A stretch of DNA of 11,516 nucleotides. It comes from a virus (Duplodnaviria > Heunggongvirae > Uroviricota > Caudoviricetes). The position numbers and the translations under genes were made by a program. Positions 1 through 8,467 of this stretch are shown here, one piece after another; the first letter of the stretch is position 1, and the number at the start of each line of letters is the position of its first letter. Location: the IMG/VR virus record IMGVR_UViG_2778261454_000012, one strand, 5' to 3'. The notes under the pieces are model-generated. The model was not told the origin of the DNA, searched no databases, and saw only the letters and a program-made list of their open reading frames with translations.

Positions 1-443
1 TGAAACGTAAAACACTGCCTCTGCTGGCGCTGGTTGCCACCACTCTGTTTCTCATCGCATGCGATGACAGAAGTGATGACCTGAAGGCCATCAGTAAATT
101 TAAGGACCTCACCCCACCGCGTTTCAGTGATGTGGTCAGCCACCAGGATGATGTCAGCGAAGAATGGTCACAGGTTGACTACTTATCCGGTCCCACCTTG
201 CAGGTTTTACGTACCCGCCAGTCGCCCGATGGCTGCGAGGATGGCAGTTACTACTACCTCGTGGATATGCAGGAAAAAACCGTCCAGCCACTGATGAATG
301 CGCTGTGTATTGCCGATAACATCAAACTGGAATACCAGGAGGTGACGGACCCGTATACCAAAGAAAAATACTTTGAGTACGCCCATGACGGCAAACTGAT
401 GGGGCGACTGCTGATACCCTCAAACCCTGACAATCAGGAATAA
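1..443 (+). CDS. yafY: Inner-membrane lipoprotein, YafY/YfjS family (5' partial: window starts at the 2nd base of the ATG)
   Basis: Frame from position 3 reads KRKTLPLLALVATTLFLIAC-DD and continues into track ORF 132..443. Lipobox LIAC with Asp at +2 is the inner-membrane retention signal (established for YafY/YfjS). Position upstream of the ykfB-ykfF-yafX block matches CP4-6 gene order from memory. Confidence 0.6.
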   Translation, partial: KRKTLPLLALVATTLFLIACDDRSDDLKAISKFKDLTPPRFSDVVSHQDDVSEEWSQVDYLSGPTLQVLRTRQSPDGCEDGSYYYLVDMQEKTVQPLMNALCIADNIKLEYQEVTDPYTKEKYFEYAHDGKLMGRLLIPSNPDNQE

Positions 444-465
444 AACAACGATAAAGGAGACAAGA

Positions 466-933
466 ATGACAATACTTTCACTAAGTCGGTTTATGCTGGC
501 GGGTGTACTGCTCGCGAGCTTTAATGCCTCTGCTATCCCGGGGTTCTGGCAGCAGGGTTACGGTCAGGGCAATACGGAATACAGCGTGACCGAAGCCAGC
601 GGAAAGACGTTTACCATCAACTGCACAGGGAACCCGGACCAGAATGGTTTCTATCAGCATTCAGTCTTTCTTACCCTTGCCGATGACAAGATGGTCAGTT
701 CGCACGATGACGACACTACTATCACCGTAGTGATGGATCACCAGCAGTACATTATTCCGTCCAGCCTGGGCTGGCGTAACGGCGATAACGCCTGGTTTGA
801 CTTCATCAGCAATATCTCTGAGGCCGGGCAGTTCGACGTCTACGTCAATGACCACAAAGCAGGGACCTTCACTGCGGACCGGAAGAACGCTGAGAAAGTT
901 CTGTCCACTCTCGGAGACTGCAGCAACGACTGA
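466..933 (+). CDS. Secreted/periplasmic protein with N-terminal signal peptide (YkfB-like by position)
   Basis: 155-aa ORF. AAGGAG at 454-459, 6 nt before the ATG. N-terminus [23 protein letters not shown] is hydrophobic and signal-peptide-like. Followed by hairpin terminator at 960-994. Confidence 0.6.
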   Translation: MTILSLSRFMLAGVLLASFNASAIPGFWQQGYGQGNTEYSVTEASGKTFTINCTGNPDQNGFYQHSVFLTLADDKMVSSHDDDTTITVVMDHQQYIIPSSLGWRNGDNAWFDFISNISEAGQFDVYVNDHKAGTFTADRKNAEKVLSTLGDCSND

Positions 934-959
934 TAGTAGCATCTTCCCCAGCAAATCCA

Positions 960-994
960 CCCCGACAGCTAGCAGGCTGCCGGGGTTTTCTTTT
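960..994 (+). terminator. Rho-independent terminator-like hairpin
   Basis: ccccgacagc / gctgccgggg stem (9 of 10 bp) with 6-nt loop, followed by ttttctttt. Confidence 0.5.
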
Positions 995-1009
995 ATCAGG
1001 AGCCCGAAA

Positions 1010-1249
1010 ATGACCCAATCCGTGTTGCTGCCACCGGGGCCTTTCACCCGGAGACAAGCGCAAGCGGTCACTACCACGTACAGCAATATCACACTCGAAG
1101 ACGACCAGGGCAGTCACTTCCGTCTGGTGGTTCGTGATACTGAAGGCCGGATGGTCTGGCGGGCATGGAACTTTGAGCCGGATGCCGGTGAAGGTCTTAA
1201 CCGCTATATCCGCACCTCAGGCATCCGTACAGACACGGCCACCCGCTGA
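1010..1249 (+). CDS. ykfF: DUF905-family small protein (YkfF-like), 79 aa
   Basis: Internal ATG at 1010 preceded by AGGAG (998-1002). Product [20 protein letters not shown]... is 79 aa; the longer track ORF 797..1249 overlaps the upstream gene and is rejected. Gene order matches CP4-6. Confidence 0.6.
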   Translation: MTQSVLLPPGPFTRRQAQAVTTTYSNITLEDDQGSHFRLVVRDTEGRMVWRAWNFEPDAGEGLNRYIRTSGIRTDTATR

Positions 1250-1302
1250 TCGCGAAGCATTTACCCGCATTCACCTCCCCGAACACACTTTATATCCCCA
1301 TA

Positions 1303-1328
1303 CGCCAGCCATCGCCGCTGGCGTTTTT
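1303..1328 (+). terminator. Rho-independent terminator-like hairpin
   Basis: cgccagc / gctggcg 7-bp stem, 7-nt loop, then ttttt. Confidence 0.5.
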
Positions 1329-1346
1329 ATTGACGGAGACATACCC

Positions 1347-1805
1347 ATGATAACACAGACGCAGCACGACCTCGCACCCGCTAACCAACCCGAATTTGAA
1401 CTGACCGTCACGCCGGTCCCCGATGAACAGCGTATCGATTTCTGGCCACAGTACTTTGGCGCTATCCCGCAGTGGCTACTCCTGGAGCCGCATATCTTCG
1501 CCTGGATGGACCGCTTCTGTGAGGGCTACAGCGGTGGTATCTGGTCGTTCTACACCCTCAGCAATGGCGGCGCATTTATGTCCCCCGAGCCTGACAACGA
1601 TGAGACATGGCGTCTGTTTAACTGCCTGAACGGTAACGATGCCCAAATGAGTGCAGAAGCAGCAGGTATTGCTGTCTGCCTGATTGCGTATAGCCACCAT
1701 GCCTGCCGTACAGAATGTGACGCGATGACCGCACACTATTACCGCCTGCGGGAGTATGCCATGCAACATCCAGAGGCTCACGCCATTCTGCGTATTATCG
1801 ACTGA
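1347..1805 (+). CDS. yafX: Antirestriction protein, ArdB/KlcA-like (YafX/YfjX/YeeS-type), 152 aa
   Basis: ATG at 1347 with GGAGA 7 nt upstream. Product MITQTQHDLAPANQPEFELTV...EAHAILRIID matches the conserved CP4-type antirestriction protein from memory. The track ORF 1134..1805 N-terminal extension is rejected. Confidence 0.7.
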   Translation: MITQTQHDLAPANQPEFELTVTPVPDEQRIDFWPQYFGAIPQWLLLEPHIFAWMDRFCEGYSGGIWSFYTLSNGGAFMSPEPDNDETWRLFNCLNGNDAQMSAEAAGIAVCLIAYSHHACRTECDAMTAHYYRLREYAMQHPEAHAILRIID

Positions 1806-1820
1806 CCGAAGGAGCAACAG

Positions 1821-2297
1821 ATGAAACAGCTTTCCTTTTTACCCGGCGAGATGACGCCACAGGACCGGCGTCTCATTCAGCGGGCGCTCAGGGCTCTGGA
1901 CCGCCACCTGCATGAGCCCGGCGTAGCCTTCACCTCTACCCACGCCGTACGTGAATGGCTGCGACTGCATATGGCCGCGCTTGAGCGGGAAGAGTTCCGG
2001 GTGTTGTATCTGGACAACCAGAATCAGTTGATTGCCCATGAAACGCTCTTCACCGGCACGATTAACCGCACCGAGGTGCATCCCCGGGAGGTGGTCAAAC
2101 GTGCTCTGCACTTCAACGCGGCGGCGGTGATACTCGCGCATAACCATCCTTCCGGCGAGACGACACCTAGCCAGGCCGACAAAACCCTCACGCAGCGACT
2201 GGTTCAGGTGCTTCAGCTGGTGGATATCCGTGTCCCTGACCATCTGATTGTCGGTGGCAGGCAAATCTATTCGTTCGCAGAACACGGTCTGCTTTGA
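1821..2297 (+). CDS. ykfG: RadC-like JAB-domain protein (YkfG/YfjY/YeeS family), 158 aa
   Basis: AAGGAG RBS before ATG 1821. Contains the JAMM-like motif region ...AAAVILAHNHPSGETTPSQAD... (HNHPSG is the RadC/JAB signature). Confidence 0.75.
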   Translation: MKQLSFLPGEMTPQDRRLIQRALRALDRHLHEPGVAFTSTHAVREWLRLHMAALEREEFRVLYLDNQNQLIAHETLFTGTINRTEVHPREVVKRALHFNAAAVILAHNHPSGETTPSQADKTLTQRLVQVLQLVDIRVPDHLIVGGRQIYSFAEHGLL

Positions 2298-2305
2298 GGT
2301 ATTAC

Positions 2306-2527
2306 ATGAAAATTATCAGTAAACGCAGGGCAATGACGATATACCGCCAGCATCCTGAGTCCCGAATCTTTCGCTACTGCACCGGCAAATACCAGTGGCA
2401 CGGTAGCGTCTGTCATTACACCGGCAGGGACGTTCCGGATATCGCCGGAGTCCTCGCGGTATACGCCGAACGCCGCCAGGACCGCAATGGGCCCTATACC
2501 TGCCTGATGAGCATCACCCTGAACTGA
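2306..2527 (+). CDS. ykfH: DUF987-family small protein (YkfH/YeeT/YfjZ-neighbour type), 73 aa
   Basis: Internal ATG at 2306 gives MKIISKRRAMTIYRQHPESRIFRYCTGKYQWHG..., 73 aa, with GAGG upstream. Conserved partner immediately upstream of the CbeA-type antitoxin. Confidence 0.6.
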   Translation: MKIISKRRAMTIYRQHPESRIFRYCTGKYQWHGSVCHYTGRDVPDIAGVLAVYAERRQDRNGPYTCLMSITLN

Positions 2528-2545
2528 CAATAGTGGAGAACTGTA

Positions 2546-3225
<680 letters not shown>

Positions 3226-3290
3226 ACATTGCGTACAACCTTCCCGATTTACATTTCTGAACTTCCTCCCTTGTTTACCTATTGCGTAAT

Positions 3291-3326
3291 GCGCCTGCTA
3301 CTACCCGGCAGGCGCGTTATCTTTTT
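3291..3326 (+). terminator. Rho-independent terminator downstream of the toxin gene
   Basis: gcgcctgc / gcaggcgc perfect 8-bp stem, 9-nt loop, followed by gttatcttttt. Confidence 0.6.
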
Positions 3327-3596
3327 ACGGACAAACAATCATGCAACCAGAAGTTGAAGTATTAACCGATCATAATGAGCTAATTTGTTCGAGCTTTATT
3401 GAACACATTGCCAACACATTAAATTTAGGAGTGGTGTACAACTAAACCTGCAGCCAAGGATGTATAGTGAGCGAAGCCCTATCAGGCCTTTTTGGTCAGT
3501 AGATAAGATTGATCTTCGTTGATAGAATTTACTTACACCAGCTGTTACATTAAGATAATTTTTTGGTGGGAGAATGATAAGATCTTACGTAACAAT

Positions 3597-3652
3597 TTGA
3601 TTTTAATGGTGCCGATAATAGGAGTCGAACCTACGACCTTCGCATTACGAAT
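3597..3652 (-). repeat. att-type direct repeat: partial copy of the thrW 3' part (46 nt of tRNA from the anticodon loop to CCA, plus 10 bp of flank)
   Basis: 3597-3652 matches 10063-10118 with one mismatch (3604 t vs 10070 a). Identity stops exactly at attacgaat (anticodon loop). Sequence diverges on both sides. Confidence 0.85.
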
Positions 3653-3843
3653 CTGTAGCACCAATCATAACTATCTGTTTTAGCAAGCATTAACCGCATT
3701 CACTAAGCTATAGTTGATGGCACAAACAGAAAGTTGATGCATGATGTTGTCATGTATATGTCACAAATACGGCACAACGATCTTCAAACATGTAGCCACA
3801 CATCCACAGAAGAGCACAAAGCCTTGCAATCCAGTGCAACGCT

Positions 3844-4071
3844 TTGTGTACCATAGTTTTTCCTTATCAACTACCGCAAGTATCGATCGATGGAGGCTTG
3901 GATGTTAAATTTCATGACTTTGATCACTTGGTGCATCACGAAACTATCGAAGTGCAACTCGCTCATGCCAACGGCGGATCTGTGCGTGGGATTTACAACC
4001 ATGCTCAGTATCTCGATAAGCGCAGAGAAATGATGCAGTGGTGGGCGGATTGGATTGATGAGAAGGCGTGA
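3844..4071 (+). pseudogene. C-terminal fragment of a P4-family tyrosine integrase (remnant)
   Basis: Translation ...KFHDFDHLVHHETIEVQLAHANGGSVRGIYNHAQYLDKRREMMQWWADWIDEKA carries the P4-type C-terminal signature (E-x-x-LAH...VRG-x-YN-x-x-Y...RR-x-MMQ-x-WAD). The frame is open only from 3796 (TAG at 3793-3795); track start is a TTG. The N-terminal ~300 aa are absent. Confidence 0.6.
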
Positions 4072-4165
4072 TGCTTTCCATCTTTCCATTCGGATTCCTC
4101 CTACCAGGCTTGCCGGTATGGTGATATAGTTAATGTTTTACTTTTTATAGTTTATAGATAAACAG

Positions 4166-5215
4166 ATGAAAAATAATAGCATCCAGATAGCAAGGGCGAT
4201 TGCCGCGTTACTTGTAGTGTTTCACCATTTGTTTATACCAATATTCCATAGAGATAATGCCTACACAGATTATCTGAAGCATTTTAATTTTAGCTTCATC
4301 GGTGATTATGCCGTTTATGTTTTTTTCTGTATAAGCGGTTACGTAATGATGATGTCAACGACAAAAAAGCATAAAGGATCGATATCTTTCCTGAGTGACA
4401 GAATATTAAGAATCTATCCTTCGTATATTATATGGACAGTTATCGCCATTGCTTTAGTATACATTGGCAGAGTAATTGGCTATGAAATTGTTAGATTTAA
4501 AAATATTCCTCATAATGTTGTGGATATGATTCAGGTATTGCTTTTGTTGCCTTCTATTTCTGACCACAGCAACTACGCCATGACTTTGCCAACAGCATGG
4601 TCACTTGTGTATGAAATGTATTACTACGTTGTATTTGCTCTATTACTTAAATTTATTAGTGTTCGTAATATCCCGTATGCTCTCATGGGTATATTTGCTT
4701 TATCTTCGTTTGTTATTAACTCAAACTTCCCTCAGGGTAGGTACGGTTGGGTGAATTTATGGTACATTATTGGGGACTATGCGAATATATGTTTTGCATC
4801 GGGGGCGCTGATATATAACATAACAAACAACATCAATAATCCAATAAAATACAAACACCTCCCAATTGCGATTGTATTATTATTTGCGGTATTGCTATCT
4901 TCCAATAACGGCTCACTATACCAAATAAATATAATCATGATGTCAATTACAACGTTCATTTTATTTCTTTTTAGTGACTTTGGGAGTGGTGTGCTTTCTA
5001 GATGTTTTTCATATATCGGTGATGCATCGTATAGTATATACATAACCCACATGCTATTTAATTTAGCGGCTTGGAATTCTTGGACTCAGTATAGCAGTTT
5101 GGTTGGTGCCTTTGGAATTTCTATAACATCAATAGTATTTGGGATTATAGCTTACGAATTCCTTGAAAAACCATTAACGATGGCGTCCAGAACTTTAAAG
5201 CAAAGAGTTGCTTAA
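4166..5215 (+). CDS. Acyltransferase-3 family integral membrane protein, O-antigen/LPS O-acetyltransferase-like (Oac/OafA-type)
   Basis: 349 aa, many hydrophobic segments. N-terminal IARAIAALLVVFHH and RILRIYPSYIIW motifs are typical of the AT3 family. Strongly AT-rich. Convergent with the tailspike-like gene, next to the att repeat, as in Sf6-type conversion modules. Confidence 0.7.
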   Translation: MKNNSIQIARAIAALLVVFHHLFIPIFHRDNAYTDYLKHFNFSFIGDYAVYVFFCISGYVMMMSTTKKHKGSISFLSDRILRIYPSYIIWTVIAIALVYIGRVIGYEIVRFKNIPHNVVDMIQVLLLLPSISDHSNYAMTLPTAWSLVYEMYYYVVFALLLKFISVRNIPYALMGIFALSSFVINSNFPQGRYGWVNLWYIIGDYANICFASGALIYNITNNINNPIKYKHLPIAIVLLFAVLLSSNNGSLYQINIIMMSITTFILFLFSDFGSGVLSRCFSYIGDASYSIYITHMLFNLAAWNSWTQYSSLVGAFGISITSIVFGIIAYEFLEKPLTMASRTLKQRVA

Positions 5216-5218
5216 GAT

Positions 5219-5240
5219 AAAGGGCGCAAACGCGCCCTTT
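5219..5240. terminator. Bidirectional rho-independent terminator between the convergent genes
   Basis: aaagggcgc / gcgcccttt perfect 9-bp stem with aaac loop, A-run on the left and tttattattt on the right. Confidence 0.75.
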
Positions 5241-5245
5241 ATTAT

Positions 5246-7210
5246 TTAGGGGTTTCTGACCTGCCATACTTTGTCATAGCCGTGCGTATACCCACATCGT
5301 GTAACGGTTAGGTGTACTATTGCCATTGATAGAGTAGGCGTATCAAACCGGAAGCGAATATACGTCCCTCCGTTTACTACCTGCTTTACAACGTTAATTC
5401 CTGTTAGATTTTTGTCTCCTGGATCATAATTTGTCCATATATTGCCTGCTGAGGATATATCTGATTGCGTTGTACCAGAAACAGTTGCCAGAATCCTGCC
5501 ACCGGAACCTGATGATGTAACCCCGGATTTTCCAACAGGAAAAATGATTGCTTCCACGCATAAAAAATTCCCGCCAGGCGTCTTGGTTTCCTCCCCCACT
5601 GCGGTAAGGAAAACATCAAGTGATGCACCATATGGAACGATAACCGTCCCCTTGTCTGTAGATACATTGTTAAAAACAGCATTACTGTTGTAGTTTACTG
5701 CCGAAAGAACAGCCCCAATTCTGTTATTAGATATGCTATTTGAGGATTCAGTTCCGTACCACCTTCCATTTATTTTTACGCTTTGCGCCTTGGTAGAGTT
5801 CATTTTAGATGCAGTTACCGAGCTAACAAATCTAAATGTATCCTTGATCTCAAAACCACGGCATTGATTAATGTTGCTGTCGTTGCTATTGACAAAGAAC
5901 TGTACCGCCCTATCGGTCTTTATCATCCCTGTTTGGAATACTGCCATTCCTAATACGTTTGTTGCATTGTCAGGAGTTTTAACCACGGATGTTACTGTTG
6001 AGTCTCGTGTAGTCTGAATCCAACAATCAACAGCATCAAAATATATAGCAGATCGTTCAGTTTCAGCAAATGGTGAGAAATCAAATAACGTATCACCCCT
6101 AACCCCTTCAATACCTAATCCAGTTATTTTTAAATCTCTCCCCCTGTAAAATTTGTGTGGGGTAATACACATATCTGCGGCAATATTATTTGCCGCAACG
6201 TACATCAATACCTCATCATCTGAGAATGCGGGAATTTTTGATACCCTATCATAGGTTGCTCCCCAACAAAAACCGACTCCGCATCTTAATGCCCACGCAG
6301 CTGATAGATTTATAGATGTTGCAACTAGGGTCATGCCAAAGTTGCATGAATACATGAATACTCTGTCGCTTTCAGATACGAAACATGACAATGCCAGACC
6401 AACATTGTATCTCATGAGGTTTACATTGTTTATTTTATATTGCTGCCCACCTCCGGAAGGTTGCCCTAACTCTGAGTTACCTGAAATTACTAGAGGGCAG
6501 CCAACAGTTTCCTCATCGGCATTAACAAAGCCAATGTTTTCAACCAATAATTCATGACACCATGTTGCACAGAAGAAACCGCCGTCTCCGGATGTGTATA
6601 TTACTGAGTGGAGCGGGTTTGTGCCGAAAATATTTAACGAGTACCCATCCCATCTTTTCGCAGTAATATCAATTGAGGTATCGCCAATATACATAGGGCT
6701 ATCAATAAAGATTGGCATGTATGTATTATAGGCCGCAATCAATGCTGCGCTGTCGTTTGTTACCCCAGTCAGGTCAGGCCTAGGCATATCCGTGTCGTGA
6801 TTAATATCATGAACATCAACTTTTGGCGCATCCATCCACGCGCCAAACATACGAGGTGTTACGTACCCCTTCCCTTGCAGATCTCGTTTCCAGCGTTTAC
6901 CACCCGCAGTGACAATGACCATGCCGTTATCATCTGCAGAAGTCGAATCTGTGAAATCGGCCACAAACAGACCACCACCAGTATCACCTGATACTGTCGG
7001 CTTCATGCCTGTAGTGTGGAAGTCGACGAAAATCTTTTGCTGATCTCGCTCAGGCTCAATTGTCCTTAACATTGCTATATCAGGGCATGTCCCGATGTAT
7101 TTAAGACCGTCTTCATTGCCGTCCCATAAAGGAGGTGATGCGGATGTTTTTCTTTTATCGCTACTTGTAACATCAGGAATAGCGATTACTTCTATTGTTG
7201 TTTTCTTCAA
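5246..7210 (-). CDS. Tailspike-like right-handed beta-helix protein (putative polysaccharide depolymerase/receptor-binding protein), 654 aa; start uncertain
   Basis: Long clean ORF. Around residues 115-150, GYVTPRMFGA...LTGVTNDSAALIAAYN resembles the pectate-lyase-fold entry motif (FGA...G-x-TDD-x-AA). Many Asn/Gly-rich repeats downstream. Position and orientation match a P22/Sf6 tailspike. The only start at the ORF head is TTG at 7208-7210, with no Shine-Dalgarno and a stop just upstream. Confidence 0.5.
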   Translation of the reverse strand: MKKTTIEVIAIPDVTSSDKRKTSASPPLWDGNEDGLKYIGTCPDIAMLRTIEPERDQQKIFVDFHTTGMKPTVSGDTGGGLFVADFTDSTSADDNGMVIVTAGGKRWKRDLQGKGYVTPRMFGAWMDAPKVDVHDINHDTDMPRPDLTGVTNDSAALIAAYNTYMPIFIDSPMYIGDTSIDITAKRWDGYSLNIFGTNPLHSVIYTSGDGGFFCATWCHELLVENIGFVNADEETVGCPLVISGNSELGQPSGGGQQYKINNVNLMRYNVGLALSCFVSESDRVFMYSCNFGMTLVATSINLSAAWALRCGVGFCWGATYDRVSKIPAFSDDEVLMYVAANNIAADMCITPHKFYRGRDLKITGLGIEGVRGDTLFDFSPFAETERSAIYFDAVDCWIQTTRDSTVTSVVKTPDNATNVLGMAVFQTGMIKTDRAVQFFVNSNDSNINQCRGFEIKDTFRFVSSVTASKMNSTKAQSVKINGRWYGTESSNSISNNRIGAVLSAVNYNSNAVFNNVSTDKGTVIVPYGASLDVFLTAVGEETKTPGGNFLCVEAIIFPVGKSGVTSSGSGGRILATVSGTTQSDISSAGNIWTNYDPGDKNLTGINVVKQVVNGGTYIRFRFDTPTLSMAIVHLTVTRCGYTHGYDKVWQVRNP

Positions 7211-7290
7211 TTATTTCGACTGGCTGAAAATCTGGCTTGCTCCAAAACTTTACCTTATCGAATATGCAGCATCATTGGTTAAGTAATTTC

Positions 7291-7316
7291 AGGCCGCATA
7301 GTCGGCCTTCATTTTT
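7291..7316 (+). terminator. Terminator-like hairpin (plus orientation) in the junction region
   Basis: aggccg / cggcct 6-bp stem, 6-nt loop catagt, then tcattttt. Confidence 0.4.
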
Positions 7317-7345
7317 GGCATAAACAACAGAATAAACACTGCACT

Positions 7346-7373
7346 GTGTATTCATTCCAACGAGTGAATACAC
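7346..7373. promoter_or_regulatory. Perfect 9-bp inverted repeat (gtgtattca N10 tgaatacac), candidate operator or RNA hairpin
   Basis: Read directly: 7346-7354 is the reverse complement of 7365-7373. Lies about 100 bp upstream of the ATG at 7475. Confidence 0.35.
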
Positions 7374-7474
7374 GGAGCAATGTCGCTCGTAACTAAACAG
7401 GAGCCGACTTGTTCTGATTATTGGAAATCTTCTTTGCCCTCCAGTGTGAGGTCAATTTTTTTGACGGAGGATAT

Positions 7475-8443
7475 ATGAGTGAAGTAACAGATTTAGTTGT
7501 TATTGAAAAAGCAAATGCAATGACTGTATTTCAGTCTGCCGACCAGATTGAAGAAATCCTTCAAAAGGTTGAACGTGAAGTTATGTCCTTTGTGCCTGAT
7601 ATCACAACGGCAAAGGGCAGAAAGGAGATCGCTTCTCTGGCGTATAAAGTTGCGCAGACGAAAACATATCTCGATGGCCTTGGCAAAGACCTTGTTGCTG
7701 AACTGAAGGAAATTCCAAAGCTAATTGATGCCAACCGCAAGACAGTACGCGATCGCCTTGATGAACTGAAAGCCAAGGCGCGCCAGCCTCTTACTGATTA
7801 TGAGGAAGAACAGGCGCGGATTAAAGCCGAAGAAGAAGCTAAGGCAGCAGCTGAAGCTCTCGCAAAGCAAATTGAGTCTGACCATGAAATAGCGATTTTG
7901 ATGGATCGCGAATTTGACCGCCAAAGAGAAGAGGCAAGACTCAAAGCGGAGCAGGAAAAGCGAGAGCATGAAGAACGCTTAAAAAGAGAAGCTGAAGAGA
8001 AAGCCAGAGCAGAAGCCGAAGCAAAGGCAAAAGCCGAAATTGAAGCAGCAGCAAGGCGAGAAGCAGAAGCTAAGGCAGCAGCGGAACGTGCAGAGCGTGA
8101 ACGCATTGAAGCTGAGCAACGAGCACAGCGCGAAGCAAAAGAGGCAGCAGAACGAGCTGAAAGAGAAAAGCAGGCGGCAATTGAAGCAGAACGCCGAAAA
8201 GCACAGGAGGAGGCTGAACGAATCCGGCGCGAGGCTGAAGCAAAAGAGCAAGCCAGAATAGCAGAAGAAAAAAGAATCAAGGACGAAGAAGAGCGTAGAG
8301 CAAAGGATAAAGCTCACCGGAAAGAAGTAAATAACAAAATACTTGCTGACCTTATCAAGGTTGGCGCATCAGAAGATGTTGCTAAAAATATCATAACAGC
8401 CATCGTAAAAGGCGAAGTATTCGCAACAAAAATAACCTACTAA
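7475..8443 (+). CDS. Phage early-region protein with a long ER/K-rich charged alpha-helical (coiled-coil or single-alpha-helix) segment, 322 aa
   Basis: ATG at 7475 with GGAGG (7466-7470). N-terminal domain MSEVTDLVVIEK...; central ~150 aa is almost only E/A/K/R/Q in heptad-like repeats (AEEKARAEAEAKAKAEIEAAARREAEAKAAAERAERER...); short C-terminal domain. The upstream 18 codons of track ORF 7421 begin with TTG and are rejected. Confidence 0.65.
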   Translation: MSEVTDLVVIEKANAMTVFQSADQIEEILQKVEREVMSFVPDITTAKGRKEIASLAYKVAQTKTYLDGLGKDLVAELKEIPKLIDANRKTVRDRLDELKAKARQPLTDYEEEQARIKAEEEAKAAAEALAKQIESDHEIAILMDREFDRQREEARLKAEQEKREHEERLKREAEEKARAEAEAKAKAEIEAAARREAEAKAAAERAERERIEAEQRAQREAKEAAERAEREKQAAIEAERRKAQEEAERIRREAEAKEQARIAEEKRIKDEEERRAKDKAHRKEVNNKILADLIKVGASEDVAKNIITAIVKGEVFATKITY

Positions 8444-8467
8444 TAAAACCAACATAAGGAACCACCC

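Noticed and set aside
3341-3445. 34-codon ORF (MQPEVEVLTDHNELICSSFIEH...) between the toxin terminator and the att repeat
   Set aside because: No Shine-Dalgarno sequence and it lies in the spacer that separates ykfI from thrW. Cannot be supported from sequence alone.
3578-3587. 10-bp palindrome taagatctta containing GATC, just left of the att repeat
   Set aside because: Short palindromes of this size occur by chance and nothing else supports a binding site.
4777-6991. Small ORFs antisense to the acyltransferase and tailspike-like genes (4777..5052 -, 5404..5682 -, 5442..5693 +, 6333..6557 +, 6797..6991 +) and 7095..7286 +
   Set aside because: Embedded in longer ORFs with much stronger support. 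The 5404..5682 minus ORF is merely a second frame of the tailspike-like gene.
7341-7360. Possible LexA (SOS) box near the inverted repeat (CTGT at 7343-7346)
   Set aside because: CTGT is present but there is no ACAG at the required 8-bp spacing, so it does not fit CTGT-N8-ACAG.
7798-8300. Possible CRISPR array or tandem DNA repeat in the repetitive stretch
   Set aside because: Repeats are imperfect, codon-phased and lie inside an open reading frame. No regular repeat-spacer periodicity and no cas genes nearby.
7721-8317. Track ORFs on both strands inside the charged-repeat region (7721..7969 -, 7798..8280 -, 7979..8317 -, 8040..8261 +) with Ser/Ala-rich, Cys/Phe/Leu-rich or Lys/Gln-rich products
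   Set aside because: They are alternative-frame readings of the GAA/GCA/AAG-rich repeat encoding the ER/K helix. Low-complexity composition, no RBS, and full overlap with a better-supported gene.
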